A stretch of DNA of 64,000 nucleotides from an uncultured virus (IMG/VR IMGVR_UViG_3300020219_000001) (Duplodnaviria; Heunggongvirae; Uroviricota; Caudoviricetes): the IMG/VR virus record IMGVR_UViG_3300020219_000001. One strand, 5' to 3'. The notes under the pieces were generated by a model. That model worked only from the letters and a program-made list of their open reading frames with translations. It searched no databases and was not told the origin of the DNA. Within the stretch, counting starts at the first letter, position 1. Every line of letters begins with the position of its first letter. This document shows, piece by piece, positions 48,502 to 58,651 of the stretch. The translations under genes were made by a program, and so were the position numbers.

Positions 48502-48896
48502 GCTTTCAATTAGAGGCCCCTTACCCGGGCATCCAGACGACTTCGATTCTTGCGAACCCACAGTTCAGCAACGGCGAAGGTCTGGCGGACTCAGTAGCTT
48601 CCAAGCGTGCCACGGATGGCACGCTCTACACCTACGTGAAGCGGAGGAACGGTCGGCGAAAGCTGAACTGGACCTTCCTCCTCGTGCGCCCCAAGGCACT
48701 CGAACTTCGCGCCTTCTTGACTTCTTACTTCGCATCCGATGTCCGTGTAACTGACCATAGTGGTCGCGTGTGGATCGGTAACTTCACGAACAACCCGTTC
48801 GAGTTTACTACTGATCGTCGCGCGGCTCCTGACCGTGGTGATCTGCGAGGCGAGTTGCAGACCATCACTCTTGAATTCGAGGGAGTAGAACAATGA
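48498..48896 (+). CDS. Distal-tail-like protein
   Basis: Resembles the C-terminal domain of the previous gene (L.NP..., GTL..Y, W.G...NP, FEG). Confidence 0.7.
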   Translation: MSFQLEAPYPGIQTTSILANPQFSNGEGLADSVASKRATDGTLYTYVKRRNGRRKLNWTFLLVRPKALELRAFLTSYFASDVRVTDHSGRVWIGNFTNNPFEFTTDRRAAPDRGDLRGELQTITLEFEGVEQ

Positions 48897-51637
48897 GGAC
48901 CATTTCCGCGGGTGGCTTAGCTAAGCTAGCCCAGCAGAAAGGTACCGAGCCGATCGTCATCATTGAAGTGGACTGGGGCGGCAGCGCCCCGGTCTCCTAT
49001 GCTGACCGGACCATCGGTGCCATCAAGGGTAAGATCATTCAACTGGGTGATCTCGATAACGTAATCGACATCCTTAACAGTAACAGTTCGCAATCTTTGG
49101 AGGTAGTGCTGGATGACACCGACGGAGCCATTAAAGGCATCATGGACACCCAGGACATCCACCAACGGACTGTTCGTGTATACCAGTGGTTTGACGGGTT
49201 GGCGTTGTCCGACAAGTTCCTGCTCTTCGCAGGAAAGCTCAGCAGTCCAGTCCTCTGGTCCGAAGCCGACCGAACTGTCAAGTTCACCGTCGTCTCCCAA
49301 CTCGAAGACAAGGAATTCGGCTTCAGCGCCGAAGAAGGACAGTTCCCGTTCATTCCCAAGGACATGGTAGGGAAGCCGTGGCCGGTGATCTTCGGGAAGT
49401 GTCTCGACGTGCCGGCACTCCAGGTGAACAAAGCCGTGAGCGGCTCCACCTTGTGTGGCCTCGGGATCATCAGTGGAAAGGAACTCCACGGACAGATTGG
49501 GATCGGTGGCCAAGACTGCGGTCTCGGCATGTCGATCGCGATGATGAGCGCCCAGATCAGCTTCCTCAACATCACCTCGGCGGCATGGGAGGACGAGGAC
49601 CCAGTCAAGTCGCTCCAACTGTTTGACCAGGCGAACGCGATCCGTGCTCAGATGGCTGCCTCCGCTGGTAGCCAGAATGACCAGCAAGCGTGCGCCAGTA
49701 ACCTTCGCACTCGCAAGATGGAAGAAGCGGAAGAGCAAGGTCTTGGCTGTAACCCGGTCCGCATCCTCGGCGGTGAGGACTTCCCACAGAACACGCCTAT
49801 CACGTTGAACATCAACGGCGGCTTGTTCACCGGGGTCATGGCGAACGACTCGTTCACGATCTCCACCCGTCAGCACTTGGAGAATGATGCCAAGGCCGAG
49901 TCGATCTTTAGTGGTGTCGAGGAGTCCCAATGCGAGACACCTACGGCCAACCAGAACTTCGACTTCAGCATGGAAGTCCCTCCCGGTAAGGGCGACCTGG
50001 GTGGCTCGACGATCCGGCGAGAAGGCATCATCATCTGTACCATCAACGCGAAGTCGCGACCCGCGACTCCGCAAGTGGCACAACACTTCTGGGCCGACGC
50101 CGGTAGCCGAGTGGTGCTCCATTCGGATGAGCCGATCACCTACATCGTCAGCATCACCCCGGGCACCGTCCTAGCTGTCAAGGCGTTCAAGACGCTCAAC
50201 AGCGAGCGGAAGCTCGTGAACGTACCGAACGACCTGTGGTACGTCGAGACAAAAACTTACGGAACGATCACGGCCGTCCAGGTTGTGGTGCGTAAGCCAC
50301 TCTCGACGATTGTCGATCAGGGATGGGACGATGACCTGTACATCACGTTCGAGTCCACCATCGGGCCGAACACGGTGGACATCATGGAGTACATCATCGA
50401 CAACTGGACCGACCTCGGTTGGGACACAGCGAGCTTCAACGCCGTCAAGGCGAAGCTCGTCAACAAGCCGATGAACTTCCCCGTCCTGGAGCGTAAGAAC
50501 ACGCTAGAGATTTTGAACGAGATGGCCTACCAAGCGTGCTGCGCCCTGTGGCTCAGCAACGGCATCTTCTTCATCAAGTATCTGGCGGAAGAGCCGACAT
50601 CAGATCAGACGATCACCGTCGCGGACATTGAGTCCGGCTCGGTGGAAGTCGGCCTGACGCCGACCGAAGACATTGTGACCTCGTGGGTTATCACGTGGTG
50701 GCTGAGCTATGCGGCTGAAGAGCCGGAGAAGATTCTGCTCAAGCACAATGTCAACAAGTACGGCACCAAGAAGGGCGAGTACGAGTTTTACTGCTACAAC
50801 CAGCCCGACATCATCTACAAGAACGCCACGTTCTGGATGATCCGGAAGGCCCACACGTTCAAGAAGCTCCGATTCAAGGGCTTCCTCAACTTGCTGAAGC
50901 TGGAGACCTACGACACGATCACGCTCAACCTGCCGTCCTACGTGGCCGCGGGCAACGTGAAGGGCGTCGTGGAGCAAGCCAGCTACGACTCGGAATCGAA
51001 CACGATGCAGTTCGAGGTCTGGGTCCCGGTGGAAGTCGGGACCATGACCAAGCTGGACGAAGCCTGGCCGGCAAGTCTCGCCGCGTCGTTCCAGTTCCCC
51101 ACGGCTCACGACGTGGCTAATGGCCACGCTGGAGGGGCTGGGATCGGCATTGGAGCGATCGGAGAACTACCCATCGGATACACGGATGGACTGCCGGATG
51201 GCGGCACCGTGATCGTGGGTGGCCCCAACGTGGCGTTCCGCCAGAAGGCCGACTGGGGCGACCGGACTCCTAGCGATTCCGGCTTCACGCCACAGACGAT
51301 CATCCCCGGCGACGTGTTCGCCGAGGTGAACAGCCAGCAGAATCCGAACCCCGACCTGTCGCTGAACTACATCGACCCGCTGCCGGCCGCGCAAGTGACC
51401 GACATCCCCAGCGGGACGGTCACGATCGACATCCGGAAGACGAGGATCATCGACTCGGACAATCCTGGTGTGGAGGCGAAGCTCGACACGATCATCAGGA
51501 AGATCGCGGACGAAGAGTTGTTCCTGGACACGGAGTCCAAGTTCAGCGATGGTACGAACGACGAGACCTTTGCGTTCGAGTTCGACGACGAGGAGTCGAA
51601 GTTCGGTGCCAAGATCGCATTCTTGAAGGACACCTAA
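48893..51637 (+). CDS. Tail tip/baseplate hub protein
   Basis: 914 aa; GKPWPVIFG motif; position. Confidence 0.75.
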   Translation: MRTISAGGLAKLAQQKGTEPIVIIEVDWGGSAPVSYADRTIGAIKGKIIQLGDLDNVIDILNSNSSQSLEVVLDDTDGAIKGIMDTQDIHQRTVRVYQWFDGLALSDKFLLFAGKLSSPVLWSEADRTVKFTVVSQLEDKEFGFSAEEGQFPFIPKDMVGKPWPVIFGKCLDVPALQVNKAVSGSTLCGLGIISGKELHGQIGIGGQDCGLGMSIAMMSAQISFLNITSAAWEDEDPVKSLQLFDQANAIRAQMAASAGSQNDQQACASNLRTRKMEEAEEQGLGCNPVRILGGEDFPQNTPITLNINGGLFTGVMANDSFTISTRQHLENDAKAESIFSGVEESQCETPTANQNFDFSMEVPPGKGDLGGSTIRREGIIICTINAKSRPATPQVAQHFWADAGSRVVLHSDEPITYIVSITPGTVLAVKAFKTLNSERKLVNVPNDLWYVETKTYGTITAVQVVVRKPLSTIVDQGWDDDLYITFESTIGPNTVDIMEYIIDNWTDLGWDTASFNAVKAKLVNKPMNFPVLERKNTLEILNEMAYQACCALWLSNGIFFIKYLAEEPTSDQTITVADIESGSVEVGLTPTEDIVTSWVITWWLSYAAEEPEKILLKHNVNKYGTKKGEYEFYCYNQPDIIYKNATFWMIRKAHTFKKLRFKGFLNLLKLETYDTITLNLPSYVAAGNVKGVVEQASYDSESNTMQFEVWVPVEVGTMTKLDEAWPASLAASFQFPTAHDVANGHAGGAGIGIGAIGELPIGYTDGLPDGGTVIVGGPNVAFRQKADWGDRTPSDSGFTPQTIIPGDVFAEVNSQQNPNPDLSLNYIDPLPAAQVTDIPSGTVTIDIRKTRIIDSDNPGVEAKLDTIIRKIADEELFLDTESKFSDGTNDETFAFEFDDEESKFGAKIAFLKDT

Positions 51638-52203
51638 TGAGACTTTCGAGGGAGAGCGTTGACCGCTTCTTCGATCATAACATCCACATCGAAAGTCGCA
51701 CGATCTTCATCGGCGATGGTGGGGACGACGAGATCGACGGAGTGATTGCTAATGGAGTCATCAAGGCGTTTCATCTCCTTGGTGAGTCCACTGACAAGCC
51801 GATCAAAGTGTTCATCAACAGCTTTGGCGGCTGCTGGTTTGGAGGGATGGCCATCTACGATGCCATCAAGCATTGCCCGTGCGAAGTGAATGCCTACGTG
51901 ATAGGCTCCGCGATGAGTATGGGCAGCGTGATCCTCCAGGCGGCGGACACAAGAGTGATCTACCCAAACGCGACTCTGATGATCCATGATGGATACGAGA
52001 CGCGAGTGGGTGACACTCCGCAGACATTCGCGAACTGGGCTGAGTTCAGCAAGAAGGGTCGCGAGATGATGTACCGAATCTACTCAGGAAGATCGGGTAA
52101 GCCGGTTGCCTTTTGGCGCAAGAAGTGCGGGTCGGACTTCATCCTAACGTCGCAGGAAGCAAAAGAGTTAGGACTGGTCGATTCCATCTATGGAGAGACA
52201 TAG
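51637..52203 (+). CDS. ClpP-family serine protease
   Basis: INSFGG, AIYDAI, AMSMGS (Ser), MIHD (His), EAKELGLVD. Confidence 0.88.
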   Translation: MRLSRESVDRFFDHNIHIESRTIFIGDGGDDEIDGVIANGVIKAFHLLGESTDKPIKVFINSFGGCWFGGMAIYDAIKHCPCEVNAYVIGSAMSMGSVILQAADTRVIYPNATLMIHDGYETRVGDTPQTFANWAEFSKKGREMMYRIYSGRSGKPVAFWRKKCGSDFILTSQEAKELGLVDSIYGET

Positions 52204-52730
52204 CAACCGTTTCGATAGGCCCCGGGCAGCTTAGGCTGCACCGGGGCTTTTTCGTTTGGAAAATTCAGCCAGGCGAACTCGCCCCACCAATCTACGGCAA
52301 CCGCATCATACGCTCGGGCAGCAGTTACCGGATCGTCGAACTGACCAATCGCGTAATTGTACCCACTGACGTAGATTTGTGATAACCATTTTCCATTAGT
52401 CTTGATGAACGACACACCCTTGTATCCAGACGTGTTGTTTTCCGGTAGACCTCTGTTGGCCGCGTTCTGGACTGCGGTGGCTAGCCTCAGGTTTTCTCGC
52501 TGGTTGTTGAGTGTGTTCCGATCCTTGTGGTCAATTCGTCTTCCGTCCGTCTCAACGCCAGCCATCGCCATGATGGCCTTGCTGAGGCGAATGAATTTCA
52601 CTTTCCCGTCGATTCGCACCGACCGATGAGGATAGCCATTGTTGTACGACCACTTGAACTGGTTTAGTTGTTCAAAGAACTCGTCATCAACAAGGGCTTC
52701 CTCATTCTGTGAAAGTGGAAGCTTCTTCAT
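52188..52730 (-). CDS. HNH-AP2 homing endonuclease
   Basis: IDHKDRNTLNNQRENLR, NTSGYKGVS, AARAYD..A...GEFA.LNF. Confidence 0.9.
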   Translation of the reverse strand: MKKLPLSQNEEALVDDEFFEQLNQFKWSYNNGYPHRSVRIDGKVKFIRLSKAIMAMAGVETDGRRIDHKDRNTLNNQRENLRLATAVQNAANRGLPENNTSGYKGVSFIKTNGKWLSQIYVSGYNYAIGQFDDPVTAARAYDAVAVDWWGEFAWLNFPNEKAPVQPKLPGAYRNGCYVSP

Positions 52731-53155
52731 TGCCCATCCTTGAACGGACAACCAAGACACGTCTCGACCAGGACCTTCTTCTGGTAGGTCTCGGCTTGCG
52801 AGCAGTTGCACACGACGTTCACGTCAACGGCCCCGTCGAGGTTCGCCTTGAGACCGTACATTCCCTTCCGGCACGCCGGCCACAAAGGTCGGAACAGGAA
52901 GGGATTCTCAGCGTCTCGCTGGTAGCCGCTGATCTCCGGCGGCTGGGCGTCGGCCTTCTCGTACTCGATGCTGCCGTCCTCGTGGACCTTGGGCGGCTTG
53001 AACAGCCGGCCGGCCACGCGAGGAACAGCATTCATCAAGACCTGCAACGGGTTCTTGAACTGCTTGGCACCATAGACGATCTGGATGCCAGGCGCATCCG
53101 AAGGAGTCACGCTACCAATTCCGGTCAAGGGGCCACTACCATTACAACAGCCCAT
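52727..53155 (-). CDS. Cys-containing hypothetical protein
   Basis: AGGAG RBS; ATGA-coupled. Confidence 0.7.
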   Translation of the reverse strand: MGCCNGSGPLTGIGSVTPSDAPGIQIVYGAKQFKNPLQVLMNAVPRVAGRLFKPPKVHEDGSIEYEKADAQPPEISGYQRDAENPFLFRPLWPACRKGMYGLKANLDGAVDVNVVCNCSQAETYQKKVLVETCLGCPFKDGQ

Positions 53156-53164
53156 ACAATTCTC

Positions 53165-54253
53165 CTATGGTGGGGGTGGGTCGTCATCTTCTTCGGGTTC
53201 AATCAAGCAACACTTCGTGATGATTCGTTGGTTGGCGAACGCCTGTCGCTCCTGGGCGTCTTCCAAGTCTTCTTCCAAGTCATCCTTCTCGTTTTCCATG
53301 TCAGAGAGCGAGCCTTCAAGATCACTGACCGCAGCAAGGTAGGCGTTATTGGCCGCGTTCTCCGCTGCCTCGTAGGCGGCGTGAGCGGCGTCCTCTTCCT
53401 CCGGCGTCGTGGCGGCGGCGAGTGCTGACTCCAGGGCAGCGGCCGCGGAGTCGAGTGCGGCTTCAAGGTTAGCGTTTGCCGATTCAAGGGCGGCAATGTC
53501 TTCCTCCAAGTCAGCGATCCTCTCTGTCGTGTCCGCAATGAAGTCGGTGAAGTCGTCGCCGATACCCGCGCACGACAACCGCAACCGGAAGATGTGGTAG
53601 TCCCTCTTGAACAACATCCCGTTGTTACCCGATGTGTCCGTCTCCATCTGGCCTACCGTTCCATCACAGAGCGCCACGACCGCGGGGTCCTCGCTGTCGT
53701 TTCCTGTCCCGATCGCCCCGCCGGCCACGACCGTTGTTGCCTCCGTCTCAATGACGACACGGTACAACAACCAGTTCATAAACTTGAAGCCGGGAGGCCC
53801 GAGCACACCGAGGCTATTGACATACGCGCCGTAGTCGAAGTAGCACCAATCAATCATTTCGCCACCCCAGTAGGGCGAACGATAGTCGCAAGGAGCTTCA
53901 AATTCGATGATGGTGTACGGCGTCCCGAATGGGCAGGGGAACAGTTCCGAGGGGTCGCAATCGGGTTCGTCGTCTTCGCAGTCACACCACGCTTGGCCAA
54001 GCTTGCCTAGAATCTCACCGATGATGCTTTCTTTCCATGTCTCAGGAATCTCATCAAAGGTGATGTCTGGGCACGTCTGCTTGAGCTTGTCGTGGACAGC
54101 ACGGATGTCGCCCTTGCCCCACCGGTACTCCGGTGGAACGTGAGGGATCGTGGAGACTGGATCGCAGTCTGTGTCTTCGGGTGGGTCCTCCAAGATGCCG
54201 TTGACGGCATCAAGGAGGCTGTTCCATTCTTCTCGTCGGTAGCCACTAGCCAT
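53165..54253 (-). CDS. Acidic protein with a C-terminal coiled coil
   Basis: 362 aa; heptads flanked by Cys motifs. Confidence 0.75.
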   Translation of the reverse strand: MASGYRREEWNSLLDAVNGILEDPPEDTDCDPVSTIPHVPPEYRWGKGDIRAVHDKLKQTCPDITFDEIPETWKESIIGEILGKLGQAWCDCEDDEPDCDPSELFPCPFGTPYTIIEFEAPCDYRSPYWGGEMIDWCYFDYGAYVNSLGVLGPPGFKFMNWLLYRVVIETEATTVVAGGAIGTGNDSEDPAVVALCDGTVGQMETDTSGNNGMLFKRDYHIFRLRLSCAGIGDDFTDFIADTTERIADLEEDIAALESANANLEAALDSAAAALESALAAATTPEEEDAAHAAYEAAENAANNAYLAAVSDLEGSLSDMENEKDDLEEDLEDAQERQAFANQRIITKCCLIEPEEDDDPPPP

Positions 54254-54872
54254 TGAGCATGTCCAACTTCAAGAGGGCACGATAGACTTCGGCCTCCGTG
54301 TAGCAGTCCTGGAGGGCGTCGTGCGCCGTGGGATTCGTAATGTGGAAGTGCTCACACAGATCACGAAGGCGGACTCGCTTGAACGGAATCCGTTCACCGG
54401 CGTAGAACGCACGATCGTTGATCGCGAGGGCATACGACATGGCATCCCGCGCGTGAGCGTGGAAGATGCGGTGTGTCAACTCGTGGCCGATCCACGCCTT
54501 CAGGAAACCGTTCTCGAAGGAGTAGTTGTGCGCCAGTGGGCACAGCACCATCGACTTGGGTAGATCGAACTTCTCGAACCATTCGAGGAACAAGTCCTCC
54601 ACCTCCTTCTGTGGAAGAGCGTTGGCCATCAACCAGTCGAGGCTGAAGCCGTGGACCCGCATGGCATCCTTCGTGGCTCTGTCCGGATTCTTCGGCTGGA
54701 TGAACCGATTGAAGGGTGTGACCCCTTCCATCGGTTGCAGATTCCCGTCGAGCGGGACGGCGGCGAACTGGATCGGATCATGGTAGAACGGATCGAGACC
54801 CGTGGTCTCGAAGTCGATCGCACACATGATCGAGCCGTTCAGATGTGGCATCTGCTTGTACAGCTTAATCAT
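54246..54872 (-). CDS. DEDDh 3'-5' exonuclease
   Basis: IDFETTG, AHNYSFE, AHDALQD. Confidence 0.9.
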   Translation of the reverse strand: MIKLYKQMPHLNGSIMCAIDFETTGLDPFYHDPIQFAAVPLDGNLQPMEGVTPFNRFIQPKNPDRATKDAMRVHGFSLDWLMANALPQKEVEDLFLEWFEKFDLPKSMVLCPLAHNYSFENGFLKAWIGHELTHRIFHAHARDAMSYALAINDRAFYAGERIPFKRVRLRDLCEHFHITNPTAHDALQDCYTEAEVYRALLKLDMLNG

Positions 54873-55516
54873 TAGGCCGCCACCCCGGCCGGGAGGACTT
54901 CGACGGCGAGAGCCTCTTGCTTCTGCCTCTCAGACTGCCGGTACCATGACTTCAGCCCCAATGCGGCATCTGCCATGTGTCTCGCGTCGTAGCGAAGATG
55001 CTCGATGTCCCCGGACTCACCAAGGACGAGGTCCCAATCGGTGAAGCCGAGTAGCGCCTTGTCCGCCACCGTGTTCCGCGGACCGTAGCCCGGGCGGACG
55101 ATCTTGATGAGCTTGCCGCCCGCCGCTCGGATGGCTTCCACCTCGTTCGGGAAGCGGACATCCGGGATCACGAGCACCTCGCACTGGTGATCCGTCTTCA
55201 GCACGTAGTCGATCCACGTGTTCTGGTAGACGTTCTGCCGCACGGCCGGCGTACCCATCGCAACCCAGATTTCAACAGGCGTCATGCCTAGGGCTTCAAT
55301 GACTACATCTCGTAGGTGCTCGTTCGCCTTGTCGTCGTAAAACTCCATGTCTTGGAGTCCGGCCCAACCGTAAAGCTCGTGGCAAACCTGTTTGAGCTTC
55401 TTAGCGAACGGAATCTTCTTGGCGGTGCCTTCCCTGGCAATTACCTGTGCTACCAAAGCGTTGGCGAAGGTGTCCTTACCTGTTCGCGAATAGTGGCCTA
55501 GTCCGATGACTTGCAT
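54872..55516 (-). CDS. Deoxynucleoside monophosphate kinase
   Basis: GHYSRTGKDT, FAKKLK, IPDVRFPNE. Confidence 0.9.
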   Translation of the reverse strand: MQVIGLGHYSRTGKDTFANALVAQVIAREGTAKKIPFAKKLKQVCHELYGWAGLQDMEFYDDKANEHLRDVVIEALGMTPVEIWVAMGTPAVRQNVYQNTWIDYVLKTDHQCEVLVIPDVRFPNEVEAIRAAGGKLIKIVRPGYGPRNTVADKALLGFTDWDLVLGESGDIEHLRYDARHMADAALGLKSWYRQSERQKQEALAVEVLPAGVAA

Positions 55517-58311
55517 TCATTCCCCTCTCGTTTGATACGGTTGTTAAGGATGTAGTACGGAGCAGCGTCGGGGTTGCCCGGCGTCTTGCCCCACACGGCG
55601 TTGATGATGTAGGTGCGGTTCGCATTCCCGGTCCCCGACTGGAACGTCGCCGGGAGTTCCTTGCTGACACGCCCACGACTCCAGTTACCCTTCTCTTCAT
55701 TAGGCAACCAAGCAACGAACTTCTCGAAGAACTCCGAGTACGCAATCAACTCACCAGGTGCGGATGAAATCTCCTCCGCGATGAACGACTCCAGGAAGCT
55801 CTTGTTCCGTTGGGCGGATGCTTCCTTGAACTGTGTCTCGACGATGGGCACCCGCAAACGACCGGTGGCCGGTGGCAGCGTGAGGTCGAGCAGGGTCCGC
55901 ATGAAGTGCGGAGCCTCTTCTTCAAGCCGCTTGAACAACACAGTCTTCGGGACTTCCGTTCCTTCCGGCAGGGCGGGCACGAAGATCATCGTGATGCGGG
56001 TGTCGCCCTCCTGGATCAAGCAGGCGTTCTCCTCGTTGGAGCATTGAATCCAATGCGTGAGGTTGTCGGCCATGTAGCTGTTCTGCCGCATCTTGCGGAT
56101 CGACAACCGCGGACTCGTGACTGCCGCCTTGATCTTCGCGAGCGCCCCTGGCGTCTTCGAGATGTTCTTCTCTTCCACGACGCAGAGGATGGCCCCTTCG
56201 AGTTCACCATTGAAGTCGGACTGACTGGTCAACGCGCGATCGGCCATGACGACACCACCCGTGACCAACAACGAGAACGCCTCGTGGATGATCGACTTGC
56301 CGGAGTTCTCAGGACCAAACAAGAACAGGTAGGGCGTCTTCTCTTTCGGCTCGCGGAGGATCACAGCGAAGATCGAGCGGAGATAATCACCGCCGGTCCG
56401 GATGCCATACGTGATCGCCCAGTCCAAGTCCTTCAGGTACTTGGTCAGATCGGAGCCGATGTGATTCAGTACCAGGTCCCAGTGTGGATGCCGCGAGGTC
56501 TCAGCGTCGTCTGAGATGGACTCACTTCGCGGAGCCGGCGGGTACTTGTATTGAGGTGCGTTCAAGTTCCAATGCCTCCCTCTCGGGTATTCAGGTTGAA
56601 AGGGTTCGCTCACGAGCTTCCAAGAGTTCCGCTCGTATCGACCCATGATCTGTTCAGCTTCCGGCTTCGCATGTCCGAGGTCCTGGAGGACCGTCTTCAC
56701 ACTCCCCGCCATGCGGCGACCCCACTCCCCATCCAGTTTCTTGACGGCCCAACCAGCCGAGTGACTATCAGGAGTCTCAAGGCACCGGATGAGGGCGTCG
56801 TAGTCGCTGACTTCGAGCTTTTCCGGTTGAGCCGCGATTTCAAAAACCTGCGTCCACATTCCCTTCTTGTCGGAGTTGTTCCAGTTGCCGACATCCTGGT
56901 CCTTCATCACGGCGTCGTCGTGCTTCTCCTTGGGAATCTCCATCGCGATCTGTCCATCCTTGGAGCGATCAATGATCGTCTTGCGATCCTTGATGTGGTC
57001 GGGGAGCGTCATCTCGAAGTTGGGCTTCAGTAGCTTCACGACCTCGGCCGCCTTCTCGGCGTTGTCGAACTCGTAGCCGCCCTTCTTCATCTTGCGGCCA
57101 CCTAGAGCGCGGGCCGCCATTTCCAAGCTGGGCTTGACGTTGAACCAGCAGGTTGTTCGCCCCTGGTTGTCCTGCTCCCAAGCCGCGGCCTCAGTGATCT
57201 TGCCGCCGGAACCGAAGCGGTAAATCTTCCAACCGCCGTTGTCGGTGGGGAATGCAAAGCAGTTCGCTTCGCCAAGTTCCGTACCTCGCGACTTCGTGTC
57301 ATACACTCCTTGGATTTCAAACTCTTCCTCGTTACCGGCGGCCGTCGTGTACCGGAGCGTCTTCTGCTCGAAGACTTTCTGGAACCCCGTGGTGTGCGTT
57401 TGCAGGAGGTGATGGTCGGTAACCCAGTGGCAGGCAATGCCGAGCTTCTGGATGTACTCGATGATCGCGAGATGCTTACCGTCCCGCTTCACTTGACGGT
57501 GCGCGGATGCAAGCTGGTTGAAGATGTCCTCCTCCTCTTCACCCATGTCGTTCACGAGTACCTTCGGCCGCTTGCGTTCGACGACTGGGAGATGGTTCCG
57601 CCAGTCATCCATCAACTGGTCAGCCTTGAACAACTCACCGGTCTTCTCCAGCTTCAGACCATCCGTGCCGGCACTCTTACGGTGCCAAATCCACATGTTG
57701 CCACCGCAGCCGTCGATGGTGGATTGGAAGTCAAAGCCGGCATCGCGGCTCATCACTTCCAACACGCACCTCGCGAGCGCGGCGTGCTCAGTGTGGTTGT
57801 CGGTGTCGAAGGCTGGATCGTCCTCGAAGAGGACGTAAAGATGCACGCCGCCGCCGCTCGTTGACAGTCGGACAGTTGCGTAGGGGAGACCCCTCGCCGC
57901 GGCTTTCACCCGATCCATCTCGGCCTTGGTGAGGCCCACGGCGTGGTCGGTGAGGGAGTCGAAGTCGAAGCCCACCCAGCGGGACCGCCGTGCCACCCAG
58001 TCCCAGCCCGTACAACCGATACCATCGGCATGTAGGTCGAGCGGATACCGCATCTCGAAGTCGCGGAACTCAGGATCGGAGTCGGCCTTCTTCGGACAGC
58101 GGAAGGAGAACCACTGGTCAATGCCGTCCGTGTAGGTGGAACGCTTACCAGCCACGGGTTCGCCCTTACCGGCGGCCACGTTGACCTGCGTCTCCATGTT
58201 GCACCCGTACTTCAAGTACAGGTCGATCAGGTCAGGTCCTTTGTGGCTCGCCTTGCGGGCCGTCAGGAAGCTGACGATTGCTTGTGTTGCTGTTACTTTC
58301 GCGGGGACCAT
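55498..58311 (-). CDS. Primase-helicase (prim-pol-like N-terminus, D5/SF3-type helicase)
   Basis: FDFD, STSGGGVHLY; GPENSGKS, VVEE, CSN. Confidence 0.85.
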   Translation of the reverse strand: MVPAKVTATQAIVSFLTARKASHKGPDLIDLYLKYGCNMETQVNVAAGKGEPVAGKRSTYTDGIDQWFSFRCPKKADSDPEFRDFEMRYPLDLHADGIGCTGWDWVARRSRWVGFDFDSLTDHAVGLTKAEMDRVKAAARGLPYATVRLSTSGGGVHLYVLFEDDPAFDTDNHTEHAALARCVLEVMSRDAGFDFQSTIDGCGGNMWIWHRKSAGTDGLKLEKTGELFKADQLMDDWRNHLPVVERKRPKVLVNDMGEEEEDIFNQLASAHRQVKRDGKHLAIIEYIQKLGIACHWVTDHHLLQTHTTGFQKVFEQKTLRYTTAAGNEEEFEIQGVYDTKSRGTELGEANCFAFPTDNGGWKIYRFGSGGKITEAAAWEQDNQGRTTCWFNVKPSLEMAARALGGRKMKKGGYEFDNAEKAAEVVKLLKPNFEMTLPDHIKDRKTIIDRSKDGQIAMEIPKEKHDDAVMKDQDVGNWNNSDKKGMWTQVFEIAAQPEKLEVSDYDALIRCLETPDSHSAGWAVKKLDGEWGRRMAGSVKTVLQDLGHAKPEAEQIMGRYERNSWKLVSEPFQPEYPRGRHWNLNAPQYKYPPAPRSESISDDAETSRHPHWDLVLNHIGSDLTKYLKDLDWAITYGIRTGGDYLRSIFAVILREPKEKTPYLFLFGPENSGKSIIHEAFSLLVTGGVVMADRALTSQSDFNGELEGAILCVVEEKNISKTPGALAKIKAAVTSPRLSIRKMRQNSYMADNLTHWIQCSNEENACLIQEGDTRITMIFVPALPEGTEVPKTVLFKRLEEEAPHFMRTLLDLTLPPATGRLRVPIVETQFKEASAQRNKSFLESFIAEEISSAPGELIAYSEFFEKFVAWLPNEEKGNWSRGRVSKELPATFQSGTGNANRTYIINAVWGKTPGNPDAAPYYILNNRIKREGNECKSSD

Positions 58312-58344
58312 GCGGCTGCGTTCCTCGGTGAGCAGTTTCTAGGG

Positions 58345-58381
58345 CATACTTATCATGTCCCGATTCGATCCCCGTACCCGG
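58345..58381 (-). promoter_or_regulatory. Second promoter class, upstream of the primase-helicase
   Basis: CCGGGT-N13-CGGGACATGATAAGTATG on the minus strand. Confidence 0.7.
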
Positions 58382-58438
58382 ACGCGCCGAGAAGATTTCC
58401 GAAGTTGGTAGGCCCCTACAATCCCACCTTTTCCGTAA

Positions 58439-58577
58439 CGTGTTATCCTGTTAGGGTTTACCATATTAGTTATCTAGGTAGGTAGGTAGGTAGAAAGCTT
58501 GAAGAATCATATAGAAGTGTGTTACCAGTTACCTATCACTGCGATGTGGGCACACTTAACTGGATACCTACCTAACT
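58439..58577 (-). promoter_or_regulatory. TAGG/CCTA iteron element, copy B; candidate replication origin
   Basis: AT-rich, between divergent primase-helicase and ParB-like genes; homologous to 5271-5408. Confidence 0.6.
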
Positions 58578-58612
58578 ACTAGCAAGAAACTTTCGTAAAT
58601 CTTTGCGATGCT

Positions 58613-58649
58613 CCGGATTCTTGCACTGGAACGGGACATGATAAGTGTG
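58613..58649 (+). promoter_or_regulatory. Second promoter class, upstream of the ParB-like gene
   Basis: CCGGAT-N13-CGGGACATGATAAGTGTG, ATG 2 nt later. Confidence 0.7.
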
Positions 58650-58651
58650 TA

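Noticed and set aside
52188..52730. HNH gene as an intron or intein component
   Set aside because: Free-standing, ATGA-coupled to the upstream gene; no interrupted host gene seen
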